Below, in pieces: positions 9,840 to 19,004 of a DNA stretch of 64,000 nucleotides (position 1 is the stretch's first letter; every line of letters starts with the position of its first letter). The position numbers and the translations under genes are program-made. Source of the stretch: Polyangiaceae bacterium (lineage in GTDB: Bacteria; Myxococcota_A; Polyangia; Polyangiales; Polyangiaceae); the NCBI GenBank assembly GCA_965222375.1, contig CBDCTZ010000014.1, forward strand, positions 1,120,001 to 1,184,000, in the 5' to 3' direction. The notes beneath the pieces are model-generated. The model had not been told where the DNA came from. It ran no database searches and saw nothing but the letters and a program-made list of their open reading frames with translations.

Positions 9840-11732
9840 CTATTCGGCTGCGCTGAGTTTGCGCCGAATCACGCTGCCGTCGCGGGTCAGCCACACGACC
9901 TGGGTCGCGTCCGCCGCAAGGGCAACGGGGCCGTCCACGTCGAGATCCAAGTTGGTCAAGTTTTGGGAGCCGAGGTCGTATTGGATCAGCCCGGCGGCGT
10001 ACTTGCCCGCACGCGTCCGTGCCCAGAACAGCGTGCCATCGACGGCGGCAAGCTGCGACACCTCTGAGCTGTCCTTGTACAAGATCTCGCGCTTCTCGGA
10101 TTGCCGGTGGATCCGCTCGATCTGAGTTTGAACGCCAACGTACACGTAGCTATCGTCAAGAGCCAGGGCACCGGTCAAACCCGGTAGAGGGGCGATCGAC
10201 CGCAGCTGTGACCCATCGACCTGGTAGACGCCGTCGTTCTGAAGCACGTAGGTGCCAGTCGCGTCGGCCGCGAGCTTCAAGAAGTTCGAAGTGCGGATTT
10301 CAGCCTGCGGACCGCTGGCATCGAAGCGCTCTACAGCCGTCGAAGACGCCACCCAAACCGAATCGCCGGCGGTCGCCATTCCTTTGGGTTTCTGAGTACG
10401 AGGGGCCACGACCTCGAGGTTCCCTTGCCCTTTGCGACGATACAGTTGCCGATCTGTCGCGACCCACAGCACGTCGCCGTCAGCGGCCACCCACGCGGCG
10501 CGGGAAGCATCTAGACGCGTTTTTGTCGCGCCACCTGCGGCAGCGATCTGCACGAGCTCACGCCGACTGGTGGTCGCGATTCCCTGGGGGATCAATGTCA
10601 GGCTTTTGCCAGGATTCTTCTCGTAGTTGAGGCGCTGGCTGCTCGCGGCGCCTGCAAGACACATCCCCTGGATCACCAGGTCATGTTGACCCTTGTCTGG
10701 CAGTACGATGGCAGCGCGGTTCTCTCCTTCGAGTAGCGCGTCACCGTAGACCCGCTGAACCGTCCCCACCCCGCCCATGGTGAAGGCCTGTTTGCCGACG
10801 AGCTGGGTGGCGCGAAACACCCGCACGCCCTCGAGGGATGTTGCTGCGATGCTCTTGCCGGCGCCGCCTGGCGGCGGAAACGTGAACTCGATCACGAAGG
10901 TCCCTCCCGCTTTGCGCCACAGCTTTCCCAGGCACACGCCTTCGCCCGTCCTCCAGGCGACGTATTCGACGTCCGCGTTGACTGGGTCCTCCTGCATGGT
11001 CAACGCCAACGCGACCACGATCATGGCGCCCACGGAGAGCAGCGGCGCGGCCACCGCCGCCGCCAGGGTCACGCGAACGGCTCGCGCGCTGTGGGCACCC
11101 AAGGAGTGGGCTTGGGTGTGGATCTCCGCCTCGTAGCGGTCGAATACGTTGCGACTGCGGTGGCGCATCCGCTCCAAAACGTCTGGTGCCACGACGTTGT
11201 CGGCGCGACAGAAGCCACAACTGCACAAGACTTCGCCCGCCGCCGGGCTCAGCGGGGCCCCGCACACATGGCAGCTCGCGGGTTCCCCAGCGGCCCGCGG
11301 AGGTGTCGCCGCGCAGGCATCTTCGAGCTTGCGTCGTGCCCGCGCGATGATCCAGGCGCCGAATGCCCCGCTGGCCAGCATGACCAGCAAGGGCAAGAAG
11401 CCCATCAGCGCGACGACCCACCAGGCAACCTGCCCGGACATCAGGGAGCAGGTGCCCGCGAAGAAGACGAAGGGCACCGTGAGCAGCAGCAAGACGATGG
11501 CGAACTTCAGCTTCTGCCACCAGGCGGACAGCAATGTGCGTCGCTGCAGCGCGTCTAGGGTGCGCTCTCCCGCGTCCTGCTGCAGCAAGACATCTCGGGC
11601 ACGCTGAAGATGTCCCTGCGTCTCTGGGCTGGGCGCTCCGTCGTATTTGCAGTGATGACACCGCTGGCGCTCAGGCGTGGCGAGGGAGACCGGGTTCGGA
11701 GCTCCACAGCAAGGGCAATGAGCGGCAAGCAC
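9840..11732 (-). CDS. Membrane protein with Zn-ribbon motifs and C-terminal beta-propeller-like repeats
   Basis: CPCCG..CHHC and CHVC..CSCGFC motifs; about 3 TM segments; LAADATxxYW-like repeats. Confidence 0.7.
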   Translation of the reverse strand: MLAAHCPCCGAPNPVSLATPERQRCHHCKYDGAPSPETQGHLQRARDVLLQQDAGERTLDALQRRTLLSAWWQKLKFAIVLLLLTVPFVFFAGTCSLMSGQVAWWVVALMGFLPLLVMLASGAFGAWIIARARRKLEDACAATPPRAAGEPASCHVCGAPLSPAAGEVLCSCGFCRADNVVAPDVLERMRHRSRNVFDRYEAEIHTQAHSLGAHSARAVRVTLAAAVAAPLLSVGAMIVVALALTMQEDPVNADVEYVAWRTGEGVCLGKLWRKAGGTFVIEFTFPPPGGAGKSIAATSLEGVRVFRATQLVGKQAFTMGGVGTVQRVYGDALLEGENRAAIVLPDKGQHDLVIQGMCLAGAASSQRLNYEKNPGKSLTLIPQGIATTSRRELVQIAAAGGATKTRLDASRAAWVAADGDVLWVATDRQLYRRKGQGNLEVVAPRTQKPKGMATAGDSVWVASSTAVERFDASGPQAEIRTSNFLKLAADATGTYVLQNDGVYQVDGSQLRSIAPLPGLTGALALDDSYVYVGVQTQIERIHRQSEKREILYKDSSEVSQLAAVDGTLFWARTRAGKYAAGLIQYDLGSQNLTNLDLDVDGPVALAADATQVVWLTRDGSVIRRKLSAAE

Positions 11733-11780
11733 GGCCGCACTTTTTCCCGCGGCGAGTGAAAAATCAACGCCGAGATCGAG

Positions 11781-11921
11781 TTGAGGGTTTTTGGGGGGTC
11801 GCGGATCTGGCGCAGCCTGGGGCGCTAATCCCGCGCTTTGCCGTGGGGTGCGCCTACTGCGCGCCGCACGAGATTAGTGCAACGGCTTGCACCAAGGCCA
11901 CGACCCCAAACCCAACCTCAA
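11781..11921. repeat. Long imperfect inverted repeat (56-bp arms), intergenic hairpin
   Basis: 11781-11836 matches the reverse complement of 11866-11921 at 37/56 positions without gaps. Confidence 0.7.
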
Positions 11922-12464
11922 TCAGCCGCTGCCTGCGTCAGTACTTCCGCCTGCGTCAGTACTTCCGCCTGCGCCACCCGTGGCACCGCCTGCACCGCCG
12001 GTCGCTCCCGCGTCGGAGCCGCCTGCTCCGCCGCTGCCCCCCGAGCCGCTGTCCGCGCCCGCGTCTGCGACGGCCAGAGGGGCGCAAATGTTGAGGATGA
12101 TGTTGGAGCCCTGGAATCTGAACGGCGTGCAAGTGCCTCCGCCGGCGCACGTGCCGTTGTTGCACCAGGGCGAGCAAACACCAGTCGCTGCGGAGGTCGT
12201 TGGGAAACAAGCCAGTCCCGGGCCGCAATCCGCCAATCCGCCCTGGTTCACACATGCGGAGCCCTCCGACTTCGTGGAATTGCCGGGCAAACACTCGAAA
12301 CTGCTCAGGTTCGCGTTGGGCCAACAGGTTTGGTCTGCCGCGCAGGAGTACGGATCCGCAGCGCAGCCAGCTGTCGTCGAGCTGGCACTACTATTATTGT
12401 CATCACTACTACACGCCAAAGCTGTGAAGCCCAGGCACACAAAAGCCAAATACCATTGTTTCAT
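11922..12464 (-). CDS. Cys-rich lipoprotein with Gly/Ser-rich tail
   Basis: GGAGG RBS; lipobox ALAC; many Cys residues. Confidence 0.8.
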   Translation of the reverse strand: MKQWYLAFVCLGFTALACSSDDNNSSASSTTAGCAADPYSCAADQTCWPNANLSSFECLPGNSTKSEGSACVNQGGLADCGPGLACFPTTSAATGVCSPWCNNGTCAGGGTCTPFRFQGSNIILNICAPLAVADAGADSGSGGSGGAGGSDAGATGGAGGATGGAGGSTDAGGSTDAGSG

Positions 12465-12531
12465 TGGGTACCTCCCTTAAGGTCGGACGCGACCTTGCAC
12501 GGACCGGGCCAAGAGGCCAAGCCCCGGGGTG

Positions 12532-13680
12532 CTAATTCTTCTTGTCTGCGGCCGCCTTGGCGCGTTCCTCGCGCAGCTTCTCGAGGTCCACGTCCTTGGC
12601 GCCAGGCCCGAGCAGGGTGCCGCATAGGGTCTTGCACTTGCGGTCCCTGGGCTTGCAGGTGCACGTGCCCTTGGCCTTCTTATCCAGGGCCTCTTGGACC
12701 TCGGCGATGGTGGTGTTGGCCAGGCGCTCCACGCGATTGAAATCCCACTTCTTCTTGCGCTGGTGGGGCGTGCGGGGGTCGGTGGTCTTGCCGTCCGGTT
12801 CGGAGCAGCAGCGAAAACCGAGGAAGTAGTAATAGAAGCCCTCGTCGTGGGTGTAGATCTTTGGCCGACACTGGTTGCGGACGCCCTCGTACCAGGGTCC
12901 GCCGGTGTGCACGCTGTCGAACTTGCCCTTCCAATTCCCGAGGGGCTTCTCGTTGGCGACGACTTCGTCGTTGTTGGCGGGCAAGTCATGTACGCCAAAG
13001 TCACTGATGCACTCGGGCTGCTGCCCGCTGCGAACGCCCTTCCACAGCCGCGCTAGCTCTTTCGGATCTCTGCGCGCGACCAGCTTCATCTTCGGGCCGT
13101 CCCACTTGTGGTCGCCGTTGCACTTGGTGCTGTCGCGCGTGTAGCCGTAGGGGAAGGGCTTCATCTCCGGTCCCTCGCAAGCGAAGGTCCATTCGCTTTC
13201 GGTGCACATGCGCTTGCCGAGCGCGGCGCATTTCACCTGCGCTTGATAGAAGGTGTTCATCACCTCCGGGCGCTCCCCCGCCTTGTTCGGCCAGGAGTAT
13301 TTGTCGATGCAGAAGCGCTTCTTCACTCGCGAGCCGATGCAGGTGCTCTTGGGCTCGAAGTCTTCGCAGACCTTCTTCTTGTTCCACTTGGCGTACCAGC
13401 TCTTCTTGCAGGTCTGCTTCACCTTGGTGCAGTAGTCGCCCTCGACGAGAACCATCCCGGCGCCGCACGCGCCGGAGGAGGGATCCTTGCTTTCGGTGAC
13501 GAGCTCCGGCTTGGCTCCGGTTGGGGCGTCGGGCGCCGAGCTGGTGGCCGTGGGAGCCGCGGTGGTCGTGGCTGCTGTTGCGGGGGCGGCCGTGGGGGGC
13601 GCCGCCGGCTCGGCATCCGGCGGCGGCGCTGCGGCACAGGCGATGGTGATGGCCAGGGGCGCACTCAGTAGGGAACGCAT
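12532..13680 (-). CDS. FGE-sulfatase (SUMF1/EgtB/PvdO-fold) domain lipoprotein
   Basis: GMVLVEG, FCIDKY, GKRMCTESEWTFAC and GFRCC motifs. Confidence 0.85.
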   Translation of the reverse strand: MRSLLSAPLAITIACAAAPPPDAEPAAPPTAAPATAATTTAAPTATSSAPDAPTGAKPELVTESKDPSSGACGAGMVLVEGDYCTKVKQTCKKSWYAKWNKKKVCEDFEPKSTCIGSRVKKRFCIDKYSWPNKAGERPEVMNTFYQAQVKCAALGKRMCTESEWTFACEGPEMKPFPYGYTRDSTKCNGDHKWDGPKMKLVARRDPKELARLWKGVRSGQQPECISDFGVHDLPANNDEVVANEKPLGNWKGKFDSVHTGGPWYEGVRNQCRPKIYTHDEGFYYYFLGFRCCSEPDGKTTDPRTPHQRKKKWDFNRVERLANTTIAEVQEALDKKAKGTCTCKPRDRKCKTLCGTLLGPGAKDVDLEKLREERAKAAADKKN

Positions 13681-13737
13681 GCCGGCTCTTTTAGCAGAAC
13701 AGGCTGGGCCTGGGATCCAAGCTCGGGCCCCCCTGGA

Positions 13738-13775
13738 GCGTCACACTGGGAGCGTCACAGTGTGACGCGTGACGC
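13738..13775. promoter_or_regulatory. Array of four GCGTCAC half-sites (candidate activator-binding site)
   Basis: GCGTCAC at 13738 and 13752; GTGACGC at 13762 and 13769; includes the palindrome GCGTCACA-G-TGTGACGC. Confidence 0.5.
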
Positions 13776-13930
13776 GTGCACCCACATCATCTTACGTGGG
13801 CGCACTGGGAAACCTTCCTATCCGCGTTTTGGCGGCTTTTTGGGGGAATTTTGGCCATTCGGACACGGGGTCGTGGCTTGGGGTCCACGCCACGGCGGGC
13901 TGGCGACGGCAAAGTCGGGGCGATCCAAGT

Positions 13931-13946
13931 TGGCCCGCGACTTGCT
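13931..13946 (+). promoter_or_regulatory. Sigma54 -24/-12 promoter
   Basis: TGGCCC-GCGAC-TTGCT about 90 bp upstream of ATG 14034. Confidence 0.65.
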
Positions 13947-14033
13947 CTAACAAAAAACATCGAAAGCAGTGTCACGAATGGGAACGGTCGCGCGTTGAGA
14001 GTGTCGGGAGTCATTCAGGAGGAGAACGAAATT

Positions 14034-14696
14034 ATGAAGAGCAAGATGATGAAGTCGGTTTTCGCAGGTCTGGGTGCTTTGATGGTTGCTACGGCTGGCG
14101 TCGGTGAGGCCAGTGCCTGCGGCGGCGCTTACTTCCCGGAGATCGAAGTCGACTGGCGACCCATGGGTATCGCCATGGCGGAGAAGCAGCTCGACCAGGG
14201 CAAGACTGCCCAGGCGGCCGCCACCATCGTCCGCGTGATGCCGCACGTTGCGAGCCTCAACGCCAAGAAGAGCAAACTCACCGAGCGCGCCCAGCGGGTA
14301 CTGGCCGTGGCCATCGCTCGCAACAACGGCAAGCTCGATGTCGCCAGCGTGCCCGGCTACGCTCGGAGCCACTGGGCTGGCAAGACAGCGGAGGACCGTG
14401 CAACCAACTTGACCTTTGCCGTCAACACCTTGCGCAAAGTCAACAAGATCAAGAAGAACGATCCAGCCGTCCAGACTGAGCTCGCGGAAGCCCTCGCTCG
14501 GGTCGACGCGCACAAGAAAGAGGCGCGCAACCTGCTCGAGAAGCTGGCCAAGAAGGATCTGATTGCCACGCCCGAGGGTTATGCCGTACTCGCCGACCTG
14601 CGCGCCCAGGCAGGCGACGCCAAGGGCAAGAAGCTCGCACTCAAGCGCTGCGAAGCCATGGCTTCCAGTGCTAGTGTGTGCCGCACCACCGTCTGA
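14034..14696 (+). CDS. Secreted helical (TPR-like) protein
   Basis: AGGAGGAG RBS; signal peptide ending ASACGG; Ala/Leu-rich helical repeats. Confidence 0.75.
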   Translation: MKSKMMKSVFAGLGALMVATAGVGEASACGGAYFPEIEVDWRPMGIAMAEKQLDQGKTAQAAATIVRVMPHVASLNAKKSKLTERAQRVLAVAIARNNGKLDVASVPGYARSHWAGKTAEDRATNLTFAVNTLRKVNKIKKNDPAVQTELAEALARVDAHKKEARNLLEKLAKKDLIATPEGYAVLADLRAQAGDAKGKKLALKRCEAMASSASVCRTTV

Positions 14697-14707
14697 GGTT
14701 TTCCTGA

Positions 14708-15985
14708 ATGCTCCGAAACGCCCCGGTACCAGCGGCCCTTGCCATCATCGGACTGCTGCTGCCCGGGGCGTGTGACAAGAAGAAGACTCCTCCGGGTTCC
14801 GGGACCAGCCAGTCGGCAGTCCCGGGGCCCGCTCCCGTTGCTTCCAGCGCTGCGCCGGCACCCAAACCCGCGCTGCTCGGAAATGCCGAACGAGGCAAGG
14901 AGTTGATGAAGACCTACGAGTGCAACCGCTGCCACGCCGGCACGGGCCTCGAGGCAGCCGATTTCCACAAGGATTGCTTCCAGTGTCATCGGGACATCAT
15001 GGACGGCAAGTTCAAAGTCAGGGACTTGGCGAAGGTGGCCAAGTGGAAGAAGAACGTGGTCATGGTTCAGCACGTGCCGTCTTTGGAGGGCGCGGGCAAA
15101 CGCTTGCGTCGCCAGTGGCTCACGGCGTTCCTCCAGGAGCCTCGGGACCTGAGACCGAATCTCGTCCCCACCATGCCGCGGCTGGCTCTGACACCCCAGC
15201 AGGCCGCCGACCTCGCGGCCCATCTCACGGCTGGGCAGCCCAAAGCCAAACCGGCAAGCTGGAAGGCCAACGCCGACAACGGTCGCACGCTGATGGAAAA
15301 CCGCGCTTGCGGCACATGCCACGCGTTTACGGGCGCCGACCTGCCCGTGACGCCGACGCTCAAGCCCGGCGAGTCCAACCCGGCTATCGAGCTGGCCCCG
15401 GACCTGCGCTACACCCGAGATCGCCTGTCCCCGGAAGACTTGGTGAAGTGGCTACGCCAACCCGAGAAGATGAAGGCCGGCACGCTGATGCCGAATCTGG
15501 GGCTTTCGCAGAGCCAAGCCCAGGACATCGCCGAGCACATCCTGAAGGCGGAGCTCAAACCCTTGCCGCTGCTCAAAGCCCCCAAGCGCCTGCCCAAACT
15601 CGACCGCAAGATCTCCTTCGCGGAAGTTCAGGAGAAGGTGCTCAATCGCACCTGCGCCCACTGCCACGGCAATCCGGACATCGCTCGGGGAGACGGCGGG
15701 CCGGGCAATACGGGGGGCTTCGGATACAAGCCCCGCAAGCTGGACCTCAGCAAGTACTCGGGCATCGCCAGCGGCTACGTGGACGACAAGGGAGAGCGTC
15801 ACAGTGTCTTTTCGCCCTTCAAGGGTGGCGGCCCGCGAATCGTTGCGTCGCTGTGGGCGCGCCACGACGAGCAAGCCGGCAAGTTCAATCCAGAGCTGCG
15901 CGGGATGCCCTTGGGCATGCCAGCGCTGCCCGCCGAGGACATTCAAGTGCTCGAGAGCTGGATCGCCCAGGGTCGCCCGCGCTGA
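14708..15985 (+). CDS. Tetraheme c-type cytochrome lipoprotein
   Basis: CNRCH, CFQCH, CGTCH and CAHCH motifs; lipobox LLPGAC; several MP motifs. Confidence 0.9.
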   Translation: MLRNAPVPAALAIIGLLLPGACDKKKTPPGSGTSQSAVPGPAPVASSAAPAPKPALLGNAERGKELMKTYECNRCHAGTGLEAADFHKDCFQCHRDIMDGKFKVRDLAKVAKWKKNVVMVQHVPSLEGAGKRLRRQWLTAFLQEPRDLRPNLVPTMPRLALTPQQAADLAAHLTAGQPKAKPASWKANADNGRTLMENRACGTCHAFTGADLPVTPTLKPGESNPAIELAPDLRYTRDRLSPEDLVKWLRQPEKMKAGTLMPNLGLSQSQAQDIAEHILKAELKPLPLLKAPKRLPKLDRKISFAEVQEKVLNRTCAHCHGNPDIARGDGGPGNTGGFGYKPRKLDLSKYSGIASGYVDDKGERHSVFSPFKGGGPRIVASLWARHDEQAGKFNPELRGMPLGMPALPAEDIQVLESWIAQGRPR

Positions 15986-16007
15986 GCCCGTACGCGCCCT
16001 CAGCCGG

Positions 16008-17846
16008 TCAAGGGTCGTCTTCGACCAACTCGTGCAACTTGGCTCGGTAGTCCACGTCCGGATCGTAGTCCGGCTCCCACACTGCGGCGATCCGCTCCCG
16101 CACCAGATCCCCGTAGAGCAAGGATCGGTAGATGAGCCAGTCTGCGTGGGAGGCGAGGTCGCTGACCACCCGGCCCTCTGAGACTGCGACCACGCCGAGT
16201 TCTTCCAGCTGCCGCCAGCCCTCACCGCCGGCTTCCGAGGGAGTTGTCCCGAACAGCTCCCGGAATTCCGCAAGCTCGAAGCCGCTGCGGAGGTTGTGAA
16301 CCAGGTAGCGGCTGCGCTCCTCGGCTTCGTCTACCCGCACCGCCGAGAACTTCCTGCTGCCCCGGCGCTCGGCTTCTAGCGTGATGGGCATGTTCTTCGC
16401 GCTACCAGCCAGATAGTAGTGGTTGGCGTAGGTGTGGGAGCGCGCCGCCGAACCCAGGCCCAAGAGCGATGAGTTTTGACGGCGCAGGTCGTATTCCTGA
16501 ACGTTCACCGCGTTGGCGGTCCGCCGCTTGAGTTGTTGGTGCCCGTCGAGGCTCTCGCCATGGTCGCGCAAGCGTTCTGTCCCCCAGCTGAGAATGTCGT
16601 TGCGAACCCGAGCCTGCTGTGGGGACATCTGCGCTCCGCGCTCCGCGAAATTGGTCCAGGGCACTGGGCGGAACGCGTTGATGTGAATGGAGTCCGGCTC
16701 CATGGGCAAGATGCGCTCGAAGTCGCGCTGGAAGCCCTCGAGGGTCTGACCGTCGAGGCCCGCCATGAGGTCGACATTGATGTGATCGATGCCGTGCTTT
16801 TGGGCGGCTTCGATGGCCGCGGCGACGTCTTCTATCGTGTTGTGGCGATTGGCTCGCCGCTGCGCTTCTTCCTCGAGGGATTGGACGCCAATGGTGAGGC
16901 GAGTGGCCCGAGCAACTCGCGCCAAGACTTCAATCTTGGCGGCATTGAGCGTGTCGGGGTTGCCTTCGACAATCACCTGAGTGCCCGAGGGCACGTTGAA
17001 GCTGGAGTAGAGCGTCTCGAACAGGGTCTCCAGCATCTCGACCTTGAGCACCGAAGGCGTGCCCCCGCCCACGTAGATGCTCGTGATGGGAGTCGCGTCG
17101 AATAGCTTGCCGAAGCGTCGCATGTCGGCAGCCACTTGCTCGACGTAAGAAGCGATGAGCCCTTTGGAGCGGTACTCGGTTTTCGCGCAGAAGCAGAAGG
17201 TGCACTCGGTCACGCAGAACGGGATGTGAATGTAGATGCCCAACTTGCTCGGCGCGCGCCCGGTTCGGATCCGCGCCAGGGTGTCGCGCCAACCGTCGTC
17301 GATGGCCTCCTCGGTGATCGGCTCACCCAGGTCCGCTACGTGGGGATAGAGGTCTTCCCCCATCAAGGCTTTCCAACCCACGAAGGCCGCCCGATGCAGA
17401 GCTGAAGCGTAGTGCTCGTGTGCGCGCTGGGCGGATGGCGCGTGCCTGCCCAACCAGCCGGCAACGATGCGCGGCCGAGCTCGCGATGAAGTTGTCCGCC
17501 ATTGTGCGGGAATAGCGAGATTGCCGGGGTCTGCCCGGGAAATCACTTCCCGCAGCAGGCTCAGAAACTGTCTTACCTGTCGGGGCTGCTCTTGGTCGCC
17601 GAAGCTGACGGCGTAGTTGAGGGAAAGCGCCGATGTGTGCAGCCATGCAGCTTGGTCGTCCCGGGGGCGAGCCTCGACGTCGACGCTGCCGCCGCCGATT
17701 TCGAATTGGAGCCTCAGCGCTCCTGGAACCTCGGCGATCGCCACGTCCGTCGCGACCTCGGCGCGCCGGCGAGCAACCGTTCGGCAGACCCGTGCCAACC
17801 AACTGCGAGCGTCCCTAGCGCCGGAGCTCTGCTTCGCCATGTTCAT
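16008..17846 (-). CDS. HemN-like radical SAM protein with long N-terminal extension
   Basis: IYIHIPFCVTECTFC, YVGGGTPS, RLTIGVQS and NVDLMAGL motifs. Confidence 0.85.
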   Translation of the reverse strand: MNMAKQSSGARDARSWLARVCRTVARRRAEVATDVAIAEVPGALRLQFEIGGGSVDVEARPRDDQAAWLHTSALSLNYAVSFGDQEQPRQVRQFLSLLREVISRADPGNLAIPAQWRTTSSRARPRIVAGWLGRHAPSAQRAHEHYASALHRAAFVGWKALMGEDLYPHVADLGEPITEEAIDDGWRDTLARIRTGRAPSKLGIYIHIPFCVTECTFCFCAKTEYRSKGLIASYVEQVAADMRRFGKLFDATPITSIYVGGGTPSVLKVEMLETLFETLYSSFNVPSGTQVIVEGNPDTLNAAKIEVLARVARATRLTIGVQSLEEEAQRRANRHNTIEDVAAAIEAAQKHGIDHINVDLMAGLDGQTLEGFQRDFERILPMEPDSIHINAFRPVPWTNFAERGAQMSPQQARVRNDILSWGTERLRDHGESLDGHQQLKRRTANAVNVQEYDLRRQNSSLLGLGSAARSHTYANHYYLAGSAKNMPITLEAERRGSRKFSAVRVDEAEERSRYLVHNLRSGFELAEFRELFGTTPSEAGGEGWRQLEELGVVAVSEGRVVSDLASHADWLIYRSLLYGDLVRERIAAVWEPDYDPDVDYRAKLHELVEDDP

Positions 17847-17898
17847 GCTACTAGCCGTGGCGCCACCACCCTCAGTGTAGATGGCGCGGGTCGTCTCA

Positions 17899-18879
17899 TC
17901 AACCTGGTGGCGCGGGCGAGGCGGCGCCGCTGTCTTGCGCGTCCGCGCAACAACGGAAGCCGGCCTCGTAGCCGAAGTCGTACTCCTTGTGAAACTTCAC
18001 TGTGGGCCGGCAGCGGTTTCGAACTGGGCCCCACCAGCCCCCTTTGAGCCCGCTCCGGTTGGGGTGCTTCTTGCCGGGTAGCTCGACCCATTCGTTGACG
18101 TTGCCGTTCATGTCGACAACGCCTGCCCAGGACACGCAGCTGTGGGTGGCGCCGATCTTGTGTCGTTGATCGAGGCGCTTCATTTCGGCGTTGCAGAAGG
18201 CGTCATCGGGGCACTTCGTGTAGGTCTTCATTGCTCGGGACTGGTCCGGCTGCCGGTAGGGCTTGTCGATGTTGCACTTGGTCGGGTCGCGGTCGTATCC
18301 GTACACGTAGGGCAGCATTTCCGGGCCTTCACAGGCGAAGTTGAATTCGTCTTCGGTACACAGGCGCTTGCCTAGCTTCTCGCATTTGTCCCGGGCTTGG
18401 ATCCAGGAGGTCAATACCCAGGGCAGCTCGCCACGCTTGTTGGGGTACTCGTAGCGGTCGATGCAAAACGACATCGGCGTTTTCTCTTTCGAGATGCACT
18501 TGGTCGGCCGGTACTTGTTGCAACGCTCGCTGACCGTTGGGTCCTTGTCCTTGCGCGCCAAATACTCGGGGTGGTGCTCTTCGCACTTCTGGATCGCGCC
18601 TTTGCAGTACTCCCCCTCGACGCGCACCATGCCGTCTGGGCAGCCATCGGTGCGCGCCTTTGGCGTATCGTCGCTGGTCCGAACGTCTAGCCCCGCATCT
18701 GCGGCCTTGGGGGTTGGCGAGGCGGACGCTGACGGCGCCGCGCTGGCCGTGCTGGCCGGGGCGGATGGCTTGGGTGACGGGTTCGCGCCGCTCTTCTTGT
18801 CGCAAGATAGGGCGCCGGAAATGAATAGCGCGCACGCCGCACCCGACAAGACCCACGGCTGAACGCGTCGACGACTCAT
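17899..18879 (-). CDS. FGE-sulfatase domain lipoprotein (paralog of 12532-13680)
   Basis: CPDGMVRVEG, FCIDRYEYPN, GKRLCTEDEFNFAC, DMNGNVNEW and GFRCC motifs; start moved to ATG 18879. Confidence 0.85.
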   Translation of the reverse strand: MSRRRVQPWVLSGAACALFISGALSCDKKSGANPSPKPSAPASTASAAPSASASPTPKAADAGLDVRTSDDTPKARTDGCPDGMVRVEGEYCKGAIQKCEEHHPEYLARKDKDPTVSERCNKYRPTKCISKEKTPMSFCIDRYEYPNKRGELPWVLTSWIQARDKCEKLGKRLCTEDEFNFACEGPEMLPYVYGYDRDPTKCNIDKPYRQPDQSRAMKTYTKCPDDAFCNAEMKRLDQRHKIGATHSCVSWAGVVDMNGNVNEWVELPGKKHPNRSGLKGGWWGPVRNRCRPTVKFHKEYDFGYEAGFRCCADAQDSGAASPAPPG

Positions 18880-19004
18880 CCCGTCGTCGCAGATAACACC
18901 TACGCGGCCCCCCCTCCAAGGGTCTCGCGCGCCGTGGGTGCCACAAACGCAGCGAGGGCAGCACCTCTGAGCGCTGCCCTCGCATTTTTCCGGGGTTTTG
19001 AAAC

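Noticed and set aside
11931..11972. 18-bp tandem repeat
   Set aside because: It simply encodes GGSTDA twice in a low-complexity lipoprotein tail.
16008..17846. Assigning the symbol hemN
   Set aside because: The fold family is clear, but the long N-terminal extension and context give no support for coproporphyrinogen dehydrogenase function.
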